A DNA stretch of 64,000 nt from the human T2T-CHM13v2.0 reference genome, Homo sapiens: assembly GCF_009914755.1 (NCBI RefSeq), contig NC_060929.1. One strand, given 5' to 3'. Below are positions 1 to 10,960 of this stretch, piece after piece. The notes below the pieces were generated by a model that made no database searches, was not told where the DNA came from, and saw only the letters and a list, made by a program, of their open reading frames with translations. How positions within the stretch are numbered: position 1 is the first letter of the stretch; every line of letters starts with the position of its first letter. The translations under genes and the position numbers were made by a program.

Positions 1-444
1 CTCCCTAATGAGTGTGAAGCACATGTACATGCACACGCTTCACACAAGCGTCTGTGTGCCTGTTCGTATATGCATTTTCTGGAGAGGTGCACTATAGATT
101 TCCCTGGATGATCAAAGGACCCCATAGCATAAAACAAGGTTAAATTCCATTGCATTGTGGTTTTATGGCCATTCCACATTCTTTCTATTTTTTTTAATCT
201 GAGGATTTTATCTAATCTTTTGTACCAATCTTATACTTATCCTCACAACATCATTGACAAACGGGTTAGGCAAGTAGTCCTGTTTCTAAAGGTTAAGAAA
301 TGTTGGTGCAGGAACCTTGATTTACTTCTGTTCAGAGTGAGAGACAGAACTAGAACTACTACCCAAGTCTTCTGAAAGATCTAGAACTGCACAGGTCACA
401 CAGCCTGACTTAACCATAATTATAGTGGCTAGTGACAACTCTTC

Positions 445-775
445 GGGTTCACTGTACCCTGCAGTGGTCTGTCCACACCAGGAAAAGCGTTTTCTGTTAT
501 GCATACTCTTTCATGAGAAAGACACTGACAAATGGAAGTGTGTCCAGAGCAGGACCACTTGGACAGTGAGGGGACCCTTCTGGGAATCAGAACTGCTGAG
601 GGCTCCCAATGTGGCCTGACTGAAATGGGCATGTATGGCCAGAGCAAGAGAGCCTTTATGTTGCAGGGTGGGGAGGGAGGGGACATCTGTGACTAGCACA
701 ACTCTTCAAATATTCAAAGGCTTGTCATAAGAAAAGTGGATTAGACTCCTTTCCTTGGCCACATATGGTAGAAAG
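445..775 (+). mobile_element. L3/CR1 LINE 3' fragment
   Basis: ctgtaccctgcagtggtctgtccacacc...gacactgacaaatggaagtgtgtccagagcagg and ctcttcaaatattcaaaggcttgtcat...ggattagactc resemble the L3 3' ORF consensus. Confidence 0.65.
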
Positions 776-782
776 GGATCCC

Positions 783-900
783 TGTACTGGTTTGAGTAAT
801 GCCCCTCCAAAATTCATGTCTACCTAAACCTCAGAACGTGCCTGCCTTGGAAATAGGCTCCCTACAGATATAATTATTTAAATGGGGTCATATTGGATTA
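783..900 (+). mobile_element. MLT1 (MaLR) LTR 5' fragment
   Basis: Begins TGT..., cctccaaaattcatgtc...cctcagaacgtg...ttggaaatagg...ggggtcatattggatta typical of MLT1A-C LTR start. Confidence 0.7.
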
Positions 901-1025
901 TTTGAAGTCTCATCCCCTTCAATGAAATCTTTTTATCTGTCTTAAAATGCTTTTTTGGCCAAAATATCTTGGCTTTTTATTATATTCTATTTTGCGTTTA
1001 GCATGATTCTGAAAATAATGCCTCT

Positions 1026-1205
1026 AGGTATGAATCCTAACTCTGTGGCTTACCAGTTGTGTTATTTAAGGAATATTGCTGAAATTCTATAAAGTAAGGG
1101 AAATAGTATAACTTCCCTCATAGTGTTGTTATCAGAATGAAATAAGTTAGTTGTGTCAAGGGTCGACAGTAGTAGTTAGCACATAGCACGGTGCTGATGA
1201 TAATG
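1026..1205 (+). mobile_element. MIR SINE
   Basis: gaatcctaactctg...cttaccagttgtgt...cctcatagtgttgttatcagaatgaaataag...gcacatag follows MIR core and tail. Confidence 0.65.
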
Positions 1206-1354
1206 CAAAATAACATTAATTTTTCCAAACATCTTAAATGAATAATTTAAAAAATATTAAGTAAATTTTAAAATAAGCTTACCTTAAAACTCAGACATTT
1301 TACTTCTAAAACAGCCTGCAGTAACCCCCACTTGTTTGCTAAGAAATATGTCTA

Positions 1355-1775
1355 AGAATGTTTAGAATAGCCAAAAGTGGAAATAACTTAAGTGTCTATC
1401 AATAGGAAAACAGACAAATAAGTTATGGTGCATGCATCCGTTGGGAATACTCTAACAATAACAACAATGGTGTGGCTCTATGGCCCAGAGCTGCTTGTAT
1501 CAACATAGATGGATTAAATAAGCAAAGCAAGTTATAGAAGACAGAAAGCATGATGCCCTTTATACATGGTTTAAATATGAAAAATAAAATTATTGCTGAG
1601 AGGTACAAATATTCATATAAATAAATGTATATAAAAATAGTGGCAATAAGTCACAAATTCAAGGTGGTGGTTACTTCTGAGAGGAAGTAGGGAGATAAAG
1701 AAAAGGGCACTCCAATCATGCTAGTAATCCTTTTTCTTGATGCTAGGTGCATGGATGTGTATTGTCTTACTTTCA
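1355..1775 (+). mobile_element. Old L1M (L1ME-type) 3' fragment
   Basis: aatagccaaaagtggaaataacttaagtgtctatcaatagg...aaataagttatggt matches L1M 3' region. Confidence 0.6.
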
Positions 1776-1779
1776 CGTC

Positions 1780-1975
1780 TATTTATATAGACACTCTTCT
1801 GAGGTACTTTACAGGTATTAATTTATTTAGACCTCATAAAAATCCAGTTCACTAAAACCTATCGTCTCAATTTTACAAATGAGGAAACTGACTCAGGAGT
1901 CACAGAACTAGTAAGTGGCAGAGCCAGTCTTTAAACCCAGGTAATCGGTTCCAGGGTTTGTGCTTTTAACCGCTA
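1780..1975 (-). mobile_element. MIR SINE
   Basis: attttacaaatgaggaaactga...gtcacagaactagtaagtggcagagccag antisense MIR core. Confidence 0.75.
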
Positions 1976-2139
1976 GGCAACACTAACCCTTGCTACAATT
2001 TTATGTAGAAATGAAAAGGCTATAAGTGGTGCACACTCTCCAACCCAACTTTGGAATGCACACTGATCATGTTCCTCTTGTTTGCTCCTGTCACTGCTCC
2101 GTGCTTTCAGTCTGCCAGGCTCCTTGTCCTTCTCTGGCT

Positions 2140-2348
2140 TTCTTTTTTCTTTTTGAGACAGAGTCTCAGCCTCCCAGGTAGCTGGGATTACAGGCACCCG
2201 TCACCACGTCCAGCTAATTTTTGTATTTTTAGTAGAGATGGGGTTTCACCATCTTGGCCAAGCTGGTCTTGAACTCCTGACATTGTGATCCACCCGCCTT
2301 GGCCTCCCAAAGTGCTGAGATTACAGGTGTGAGCCACTGCGCCCAGCC
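2140..2348 (-). mobile_element. AluS (Sg/Sc-like) with internal deletion in right arm
   Basis: T-rich tail, gagacagagtctc joined directly to agcctcccaggtagctggg, then intact left arm to gcgcccagcc. Confidence 0.9.
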
Positions 2349-2649
2349 ACACTTTGGCATTGTATCTCAGCTCCTGCCGTTTGTTTCTTTCCTCTGCATC
2401 AAAGGCCTCATCAGATTCATTTTTTCTGACTTCGATTGTGACTCAATACCCTTTCGAGGCTGTCTCTGGTATCTGGACTTTCACCACAAGACTCTAAGCC
2501 TGGGTCTGGCTTACAGAGGCTGCAATGATTGGTGAGAGAGGGAAGATAAAGTGGGAAGTGATACATTATGTCTGAGCACAGCAATGAAGGGACACAGAAA
2601 GAAGAAATGTCTCCCTGAGAAAGGGCTCAGGAGAGTTTCTGTAGCAATA

Positions 2650-2705
2650 TGTGCATGTGTGTTAAGCGTGTGTGTGTGTGCATGGTGCGTGTGTGTATGT
2701 GTGTT
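2650..2705. repeat. Imperfect (TG)n microsatellite
   Basis: gtgtgtgtgtgtgcatggtgcgtgtgtgtatgtgtgt. Confidence 0.85.
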
Positions 2706-2813
2706 AGTTCAGGATACATGCTGCTGCTTTTTAGAATAAATAGTGGTGGAAGATACACGTTGTGAGGCTAATCCAAAATAACCAATAACCTCTGCACAAT
2801 TTCTACCTCGCTT

Positions 2814-3168
2814 TCAGATATAATAACACCATCCAAATGGAGCGACTCTGACTTTTTTCCCCATGGCAAATAAATCATTCTTATTTTGGTTAATATTCAA
2901 ACTGGTTCTCCTTCTCAGTCTCGGTGAAAGGACATTCCTCCAGGGCAACCCAGAGAAGGAAACGTCACCACTTGCTTCTATTGAGAGAGAAGCCAAAGCT
3001 CTGGAAACCCATGTCACAGGCTTCCACTGGATTACTGTCGGCTCAGTCTTCCATTGAAGAACTGAGGTTACCAAAATTGTATTTGCTGAAGAAACACCAG
3101 CTGGGAAGGCTATGCTAGGTGTTGGTTTGCGGAGAGGGAAAACCAGTCTAGAATTATCCAAGTTGTGG
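2814..3168 (-). other. Candidate terminal exon (unannotated; lncRNA or chance)
   Basis: Minus-strand cttaatgcattttcAG acceptor at 3170-3169 followed by a 117-codon open frame ending TGA at 2814; repeat-free sequence; no recognisable protein family. Confidence 0.25.
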
Positions 3169-3354
3169 CTGAAAATGCATTAAGTCTTATAGTCATTTTG
3201 CTGAGGCAAACCAGGAAACACACAATCACAGACTTATGTAAAACGCATTTATCTGACAAGTAGACAATTTCTATTATTATGACTTATATTGAACATGAGG
3301 CAGTTTTAAAAACTAATGTTAGACGTTAACCACACCTAGCAAGTTGATGATGCT

Positions 3355-3446
3355 GTCTCTTCTCTTCTTCCTCCTCCTCCTTTTCTTCTCTCTCTCTCTC
3401 CCTCCACCCTTGGCCCACACACGTACACACACACACACACACACAC
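3355..3446. repeat. CT-rich tract and (CA)n microsatellite
   Basis: ctctctctctctc then acacacacacacacacacacac. Confidence 0.9.
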
Positions 3447-3519
3447 TTTTATATTTTGTTGTGATTGAGTTTGAATTATAGGCAATAGTAGGCTACTAAA
3501 CTATATCCATGAATTTAAA

Positions 3520-3672
3520 ACGCCTTGACTCACTGTATTTGTTGATTTCTCTGTGTTGAAAACTTCCACCATGGCTTATTTCAAGCTGTCATGTGGTGTT
3601 ACTGACTGGAGTCGGGAAAAGATGAGGACAATTGGCTCTTATTAGCATCAGCACTGGCTCTCACACACCACT
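3520..3672 (-). mobile_element. MER63 (hAT-Blackjack) DNA transposon end
   Basis: Reverse complement cagtggtgtg...gagccaattgt...cagcttgaaataagccatggtggaag resembles the MER63 5' terminus. Confidence 0.65.
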
Positions 3673-3894
3673 GGTTATGAGATATGTACTAGTCTCTTTC
3701 TTTCCTAACATTCGACTACTAAAGTGTCTCTTTCCACCATCTTCCTGGCCAATTAGTCAAATTGACTAATCAACTACTTACAAGTAAAGAATCTTAAATG
3801 AAGTCTCTCTAGAACATGATGCTTAAAAATCTGGACCACAATGATCAGGAAATAATGACTTTTTTCATAATTAACACTATAGCTTTATGGAAAT

Positions 3895-4110
3895 ACTATA
3901 GGATTGAATTAGGCATGCATAAATTAGAATCCTGGCTCTGTTATTATCTAGTCGTATGGCTTTAGATAAATGACTTAACTTCTCTGAACTTTAAGTTTCT
4001 TATTTGCAAAAATGAAAAACCATGCTTGTGTTGCAGGTTTATTTTGTGGATTAAATAATATAATAAATGTAAAATAAATTCCTGGCTAATAGCGGGTCCT
4101 ATGGTGGTTA
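3895..4110 (+). mobile_element. MIR SINE
   Basis: gaatcctggctctg...tgacttaacttctctgaactttaagtttcttatttgcaaaaatg. Confidence 0.7.
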
Positions 4111-4322
4111 TCATTGTGAATTGCAAGAACAAAGGAAGCATTCAGGTTCTTCTCATTTTAAGATTTTCTCATAAAAAGAATTCTTAAACTTTTGGGACTC
4201 GCTTTTATTGTCTGATAATGGATACTGACAAGTGACAAAACACTTTGATATGTACTAGATAAGTATTGATGGAAAAAAAACTTGAGATATTTTTATGTAT
4301 TATTTTTATTTTCTGATAGTGT

Positions 4323-5348
4323 CTCACTATCTCCACTGCTACTACCTTGGCCCAAGCCATCATTGCCTCTCGCGTGGATTAATGAAATAACCTCTAACTG
4401 CTTTTGCTGTTACCCTTCCCACAGTCTATTGTCAGCATAGCAGCCAGTGATCTTCATGAAATACATCCAGTAATGTTACACTTTTATTGAGAACCCTTCA
4501 GTAACTCCCATCTCCATCAGAGGCAAAGCCAGCGTCCTTATAAATGGCCTCCAAGGCTCTATTGATTTGCTCCTCCTATCCCCTGCCTTAATTTTTTAAC
4601 AGCTGTTCATACAGATCTTCCCCTCACTTCCTTCACTCCAGCCAACTGGTCTTCTTCTGTTCTCTAACCATGTCGGGCTCATTCATATCTCACACCTTCA
4701 CACTTGCTATTCTTTGCCTGGACTGTCCTCCTCCTGAATAATGATTGCTCAGGTCCCGTCCCTTAACTGCTTTAGATATTTGCTCAAATGCCACTTTGTC
4801 ATGGAGAGTATTTTTGACCATTGTACCGGGTTGAATAGTGTCCTCCAGAAATGCTGCCTGGAACTTGTGAATGTAACTTTATTTGGAAATAGGGTCTCTG
4901 CAGATGTACTCAAGTTAAGGCAAAGCCATACTGAATAAGGGTAGACCCTAAATTCAATCACTAGTGTCCTTTTAAGAAAAGGGAAATTTTGATATACACA
5001 GGGAATAAGGCAATGTGAAGCTGGAGGCAGAAGTTAGAGTGATATAGTTGTAACCCAAGGAACACCAAGGTTTGCTGGAAACCACCAGAAGCTAGGAGAG
5101 AAGCGTGGAATAGATTCTTCCCCACACCCTTTGGAGGTGGCATGGCCTTGATGGCATCTTGATTTTGAACTTCTATTCTCCAGAACTGTGCAAAAAAATC
5201 AATTTCTTTAAATCACTTCCTTTTCAGTAATTTGTTAGGGCAGCCCCAGAAACCTAATGCAATTATTATATTTAAAGTTGCTGCCCTAATACCTTATCCC
5301 TCTTCTTCAATTTACATTTTCTCCATAGCACTTATCACAAACTGACAG
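4323..5348 (+). mobile_element. L2 LINE fragment interrupted by MLT1 LTR
   Basis: ctccactgctactaccttggcccaagccatcattgcctctc...cagcagccagtgatc; resumes after 5261 (ctccatagcacttatcac). Confidence 0.75.
4822..5261 (+). mobile_element. MLT1 solo LTR (MLT1C-like)
   Basis: TG...CA termini, ttatttggaaatagggtctctgcagatg, ccaccagaagctaggagag, gcagccccagaaacctaatgca; ~440 bp. Confidence 0.85.
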
Positions 5349-5789
5349 AGATAACTGATTCTTAAGGTTCTCTTATGCAGTGTATTTCACTGACTGTGAC
5401 TATCAGCAAACCATTATAGTCCCCAAACATCATGGTTTAATTTTCCCTTCTCACCTACTCTTCCAACTTGGAAGTGTTTATACACACGAGTGGCAGTCCT
5501 CCTCTAATAAGGAGAATGCCAGCTAAACTTGTCCAACTTATACTGTTGTTCTTGTCCCCAGTTTGAGAAAATATTTGCGTGCAAATAGTTGCTGCCTATA
5601 GTTTATTATTGCACCAACACAGATCCATTAAAACAAACCAAATGAGAGAGAGAGAGAGAATATTGTTTAATTTGAGGATCTGATTTCTAGTAGGTCCAAA
5701 ATAGAGACCTGGTACATTTTATACTTGGCATATAGTCAGGCCAAATTAACTCCTGCCATTTGGTATGTTTAAAAAGATTACTCCCGTGA

Positions 5790-6695
5790 GATGCAATAGG
5801 AAATACATAGCCAACAACAAAATTCACCTTAAGTAAACTGAATCTGATCAAACCTCTAGATATGGCTACCAGTATCGAGGAATTACACAGGTAGAGGATT
5901 TGCTTAAATGACACCACAAACCATGTCAGCCAAATCCAGAATGTGGTACTTTTTATGGGGCATATGACCTGATTTTTCCAGCAATTCAATAATATTAATA
6001 AAATGGAGTGGGATGAGAAAGACAATTATAGATTTACAAACATTTAAGAGATAAAAAAAAAAATACACAATTTTGCCCGGTACAGTGGCTCACGCCTGCA
6101 ATCCCAGCACTTTGGGAGGTTGAGGAGGGGGGATTGCCTGAGGTCAGGAGTTTGAGACCAGCCTGGCCAACACGGTGAAAACCCGTCTCTACTAAAAATA
6201 CAAAAATTAGCCGGGTGTGGTGGCAGGTGCCTGTAGTCCTAGCTACTCAGGAGGCTGAGGCAGGATAATTGCTTGAACTCAGGAGACGGAGGTTGCAGTG
6301 GGCCAAGATCACGTCACTGCACTCCAGCCTGGGTGACAAAGCAAGACTCCATCTAAAAAAAAAAAAATACAATTTTGCGTGGGAGTCTCGTGGATTCTGA
6401 TTCGAACAAATCAGTTGTTTAAAAAATATTTTTGAGACAGAGAAATTGTAATTTTAGAAGATAAGAAATTATTATCAAGTGTGTAAATGCATCATCTTTG
6501 TGAGTCAGAGATGTATAGTGACGTATTTACAGGTGAAATGATATGATACCTTAGATTAAAAAAATAACATAGCTCACCTCTAAAAATGAGGGAATAGACA
6601 AAACAAGATTGTTGAAGCAGAGTGATGCGTATATATAGATTCAATATACAGTTCTATTTTTGTTTATATTTGAAAATTTTCGTAACAAAGAAAAA
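5790..6695 (+). mobile_element. L1MC-type 3' end interrupted by Alu
   Basis: ctgaatctgatcaaacctctagat...gccaaatccagaatgtgg and gtatttacaggtgaaatgatatgat...tttgaaaattttcgtaacaaa. Confidence 0.6.
6075..6367 (+). mobile_element. AluSx/Sz, full length
   Basis: Dimeric Alu, gaggtcaggagtttgagaccagcctggccaac, polyA; TSD-like aaaatac(ac)aatttt on both sides. Confidence 0.95.
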
Positions 6696-6729
6696 TAACG
6701 ATCACTGCCACCATTAGGTGCCCCATGGA

Positions 6730-6810
6730 GTTCATTCATCCATCTGTTCATTCATTCATTCATTCATTCATTCATTCGACATTTTTCTTATGCCAGTTAC
6801 TGCTAGGTTA
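6730..6810 (-). mobile_element. L2 3' tail with (TTCA)n
   Basis: ttcattcattcattcattcattc followed by tatgccagttactgctagg. Confidence 0.6.
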
Positions 6811-7684
6811 CCTGTGGGTGCTGCAGACAAGTCGTAACCTCACTCTAGGATTTCTATGATTTGTCTTGGAGAGCTTCCTACATTAAACTATTTTGTAGAA
6901 AAAACAGTATTATTTCAGCATGTAGAAACTCAGAATTCAGATGCAATATCATAGTACCTCATGATTGAGAGAGTTTGGCTTTGTTTCCCCAGTTCCTCCC
7001 ACCCCTAGAGGTAGATCCAGGCATCTGGAGGCTGGAGGAGCACTTTCTGGGGTCAAGTATCAATTGAGTCACTTTTACCATCCTCTCCTCAATATTAGAC
7101 CTTATCAGAATGCCCAAGCCAGGCATTCTTTTGATGTCCCTAGGTTTGATGTCCCTATGCTCCTCAAGTACTTTTTTTACTGGGTTACTGATTTCAAGCT
7201 GGAGTCAGATGATTTGCTAAATGACCTCATCTTCCTGTCTGTTTCACACCACGGGGGTGAAGAGAGCAAATAGGTACAAAGTCTGTTTGGCTTCTGAGCC
7301 CTAGAAAGAGGCCTGTATTGCTGTCATGTGCTTGTCTGGTGAGATGTTCCAGAGTCTGTTTTCCTTTCTCCTAGATTCATAAAGTCAGGAAATCAATCTA
7401 CAAAGCTCCAAGTAAATTTTCTTTCAGGGGCATTTTTGGTAGTCAGGACATGGCTGCAAAGGGCAATACTACATTATGAAAGCACTGCTGATATTTGGGA
7501 ATGGGGGAGATTCCCTTCTCTTCTTTATCCTCTTGCCTCTCAACAATCAGTAGCACCTCCACCAGTGGACAGAAATAGGAATGGGATAGAACTTGGAAAC
7601 AACTTTGATCTTGATGAAGATAATGCTATTTTGCATTATTTGCACACAATTTTTTTAGTTTAATATAGCTTTTAAAAATATTTT

Positions 7685-7794
7685 CAGGCTGAGGTGGGAG
7701 GATCATCTGCATATGGGAAGTCAAAGCTGCAGTGAGCTGTGATCCTGCCACTGCACTCCAGACTGAGTGACAGAGCGAGACCCTGTCTCAAAAA
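7685..7794 (+). mobile_element. AluJ/FRAM right-arm fragment, followed by a (TA)n-rich tract to ~7893
   Basis: ggctgaggtgggaggatc...gctgcagtgagctgtgatc...gagaccctgtctcaaaaa. Confidence 0.85.
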
Positions 7795-7892
7795 TATATA
7801 TATATTTATATATTCATATATATGTATATATTCATTTATATATTTATATATTCTTATATATGTGTATCTATGAATATATATATATATATATA

Positions 7893-8259
7893 TATTACGG
7901 TTTGGCTGTGTCCCCACCCAAATCTCATCTTGAATTGTAACTCCCGCAATTCCCACATGTTGCAAGAGGAACCTGGTGGGGAGGTGATTGAATTATGGGG
8001 GCAGGTGTTTCCTGCACTGTTCTCGTGATAGTGAATGAGTCTCACTAGATCTGATGGTTTTAAAAAGACAGAAATGCACATATTTTCTTTCTTTGCCTGC
8101 CACTATCCACGTAAGATGTGATGCTCCTCCTTGCCTTCCACCATGATTGTGAGGCCTCCCCAGCCACTTGGAAAAGGGAGTCCAATTAAACCTCTTTCTT
8201 TCATAAATTGCCCAGTCTCAGGTATGTCTTTATCAGCAGCATGAAAACAGACTAATACA
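7893..8259 (+). mobile_element. THE1 solo LTR (THE1C-like, ERVL-MaLR)
   Basis: ggtttggctgtgtccccacccaaatctcatcttgaattgta...atccacgtaagatgtga...gtatgtctttatcagcagcatgaaaacagactaataca. Confidence 0.92.
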
Positions 8260-8264
8260 ATGTA

Positions 8265-8430
8265 TATTCTCATTTGATTCTTATATTAATTTTTTTCAAG
8301 TGAGACCATTGTCATTGTTTTCATTTTCAAGACGATAATGTTGGGTCTCAGAGAGGTCAGGAATTCCTTCAAGTGCACATTGATTGCTGGTGAAGGTGCC
8401 AATTCTTCTCTTATTACTCTGCCCTTATAA
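8265..8430 (-). mobile_element. MIR fragment
   Basis: ctcatttgattcttat...gggtctcagagaggtcagg. Confidence 0.45.
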
Positions 8431-8799
8431 TTGATCTTTCAATTATTCTGCATGACCTCTTAAATATTTGATAAAGGAGAAGGTAGAAGGAACAGATAAT
8501 AGCGTTTTAAACTGTCCATCATGTCTCCATTAGCACAGATGCTTTGAATTTAGCTATATTTTAATTTCTCCCCTTAGATGCATACGGTTTTTAATCTCCA
8601 AGTATCTCTAAGCATTATGCTGTAAAACCATAGTGCTTTCTATTTCTATTTTGCCTAAAATATTTTAATTGGATCAGAAAATTGTTTTGGTACCATATGT
8701 AATATATGGTACAACTTAGTTCTCAACTTTGTTTGGGCTTTTGCTTCCCAAACAAGTCAATTTCTTGCTACAAACAGGTAGGGTCCTTTTGGTTTATAC

Positions 8800-8876
8800 C
8801 TGCCGTCGATGTAAGACAACTGTCCTTGGTTATTTGGATTAGTGTTAAGTCTCGGAGTAGCAGTAAGTCCTATGCC
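8800..8876 (-). other. Candidate 77-nt internal exon
   Basis: Minus strand: gctaat branch-like site, ccccttcacgtctcttctgggcaatccttcttcatAG acceptor, CAG|GTATAA donor; only one frame open (GIGLTATPRLNTNPNNQGQLSYIDG). Confidence 0.35.
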
Positions 8877-10897
8877 CTATGAAGAAGGATTGCCCAGAAG
8901 AGACGTGAAGGGGAGCATTAGCATCTCTTCATGGCCATCTGGTTCTTCTTAGCTGAGGAATGCCCACTGGTTGTAGCAGTTCTGAGCAAAACTCATAGAA
9001 AAAGGTATAGCCTTCAAGGCAAACCCAGAAAAAAGTTCAAGAGAATAGAGTTAGGGCTGTCACGGAAGTGCTATTTACAATAAAAGTAAAATCTGATATA
9101 AATCTAGTAAAACATTTACCTTTTGGATTGGGAAACATTTTTGGCTGAAATAATCGTCTTAGATAATTTATATTATTCATTTTAATTGAATAGTCTCCAG
9201 GCTGAACTGACATGTAAGTCTGAACACAACAAAAATTCAAGTATTTTTAAAACAATAATAGTATTATGTTAACTAAAGAAGTGAGTAGAGATACTTGTCA
9301 TTTAACTGAATGGATCTTCTTAAAACCTAATAGAAGATGCTAACTAATGAACACAAATGATAATGAGGAAATGAAACCATAGGGTAATTATTCATAACAA
9401 GGGAGGCTAAGGTTTGATATTCCTTAGTAGAAAAGATGCTTTTACCGTCTAATAGAGGGTACCTAGATTGGTGTAGCGTTGACCTGGTGTCCAATATTGG
9501 CACACCCATTACGTTGTGTTCTGTAGCAGATGACTAATTCCTAATTCCAAATGTCTAATTTAATGACACATTAGAAAAATGTGTGGCACTCTTCTGATGT
9601 GAAAAATATCTGTCCTGCATATTATGATTGAAGAGATGAAATCAGTCATGACAGAAATGTCATAAAATGCCTCTATTTTTAAAAGAGCTATCATTACATA
9701 CATTTGTTATAAAAAGGAGGATTAGACTCAATCAGATTTTTGCTTTCAATTGATTTATGTAAATCAAAAATGATTTTAAAATGCAAATAATTTGATAATG
9801 CTCTGAGTTAGAGATCATCTTATTTTTTAGAGAGCTTATTAGCAAAGCTTATTTCTTAGCCCAATTCCAAATTACATATGAAAGACCACATAGAGAAGAT
9901 ATTGTTATTTGTGTTGAGTATATAGTAGGTCTACAGAACTGAAATAAATGTACTCCCCACAAGCAACTGGCATTGTAAAACTGAAAGTAGATTATGATTC
10001 ATTTAACAATAATGATATTAGATGATTTGTTTATGTCTCCTGCCAACAAAAAATATGGATAGATAAGAAAGTGTTCTGCGTATGCTTTTAATAAATCATT
10101 GATATAATCATAAAATATATAGAGTATTTTAATATGTATCCACATACAATCTCCTTTCAATTTTAACATAAATATTATGCAGACCGAACTACTGGATTAT
10201 ATAGCAATGAAGCCAGATATTCCAATTAAGACTTCTAAGAAGTATTTAAATGGAATCAATTTTTTCTCTTGTTAAGTCTACCAACAGATATGAAACATTA
10301 AATAGATGTTTTTACTCTTCTAACAGCTGTAGAATTCCTCTTAAAAATGTATTCTGGCGTGAGTCCCAACTTTATTCTTTCATACTTGCTTCTCTCTGAG
10401 TGTCAACAGAAGTTGAATTTTTCCAATAACCAAAAACAAGGTTTCTCTTAAAATTGTTAGTTTTTATCATACAACCTTGCATAAAACTGATTTAATAGAA
10501 TAAGAAACATTCTGTTTTTTATGGATACTTTTTAGAGCTTACTAAATGCTATCAGTGTGTCAGGAATTTTAGCCTAAATATTAATACCAGGATTTACTTT
10601 AGCTTTATGTTTTTTGGGGAGGTGAGATGGGATGGGGAAAGAATATTCCTATAAAAGTTACTACAGCAGTGCTACTTGCTGTTCAAACTGAAAACATTAA
10701 TGATGGTTTGGAAGGTGACGCCCTACAAAAATATTTCAGTCATTCTGAATAAGGCTTGAAAAAAACATTTCTACAACATTTAACTCTGAGTAGAAAGCAG
10801 GGGCCTTGGGCATCCAAACAATGCTGCTTCTATTAGCAACAAGCCTAAAATGAAAAGGAAATCATATTGCCTTTCATTTCCTTCCTTCCACACTCTT

Positions 10898-10960
10898 AGA
10901 AAGAAGGAAGAAAGAAAAAAAGAGAGAGAGAGAAAGAAAGGAAGAAAGAAAAGAAAAAAG
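10898..10960. repeat. GA-rich low-complexity (GAAA/GA)n
   Basis: agaaagaaggaagaaagaaaaaaagagagagagagaaagaaaggaagaaagaaaag. Confidence 0.85.

Noticed and set aside
6965-7273. 102-aa ORF in unique sequence
   Set aside because: Non-ATG start, no recognisable domain, no convincing splice sites
9446-9520. Possible extra minus-strand exon (MGVPILDTR frame)
   Set aside because: Poor pyrimidine tract, and neither donor (ends 9463 or 9446) keeps that frame with the 8876-8800 exon
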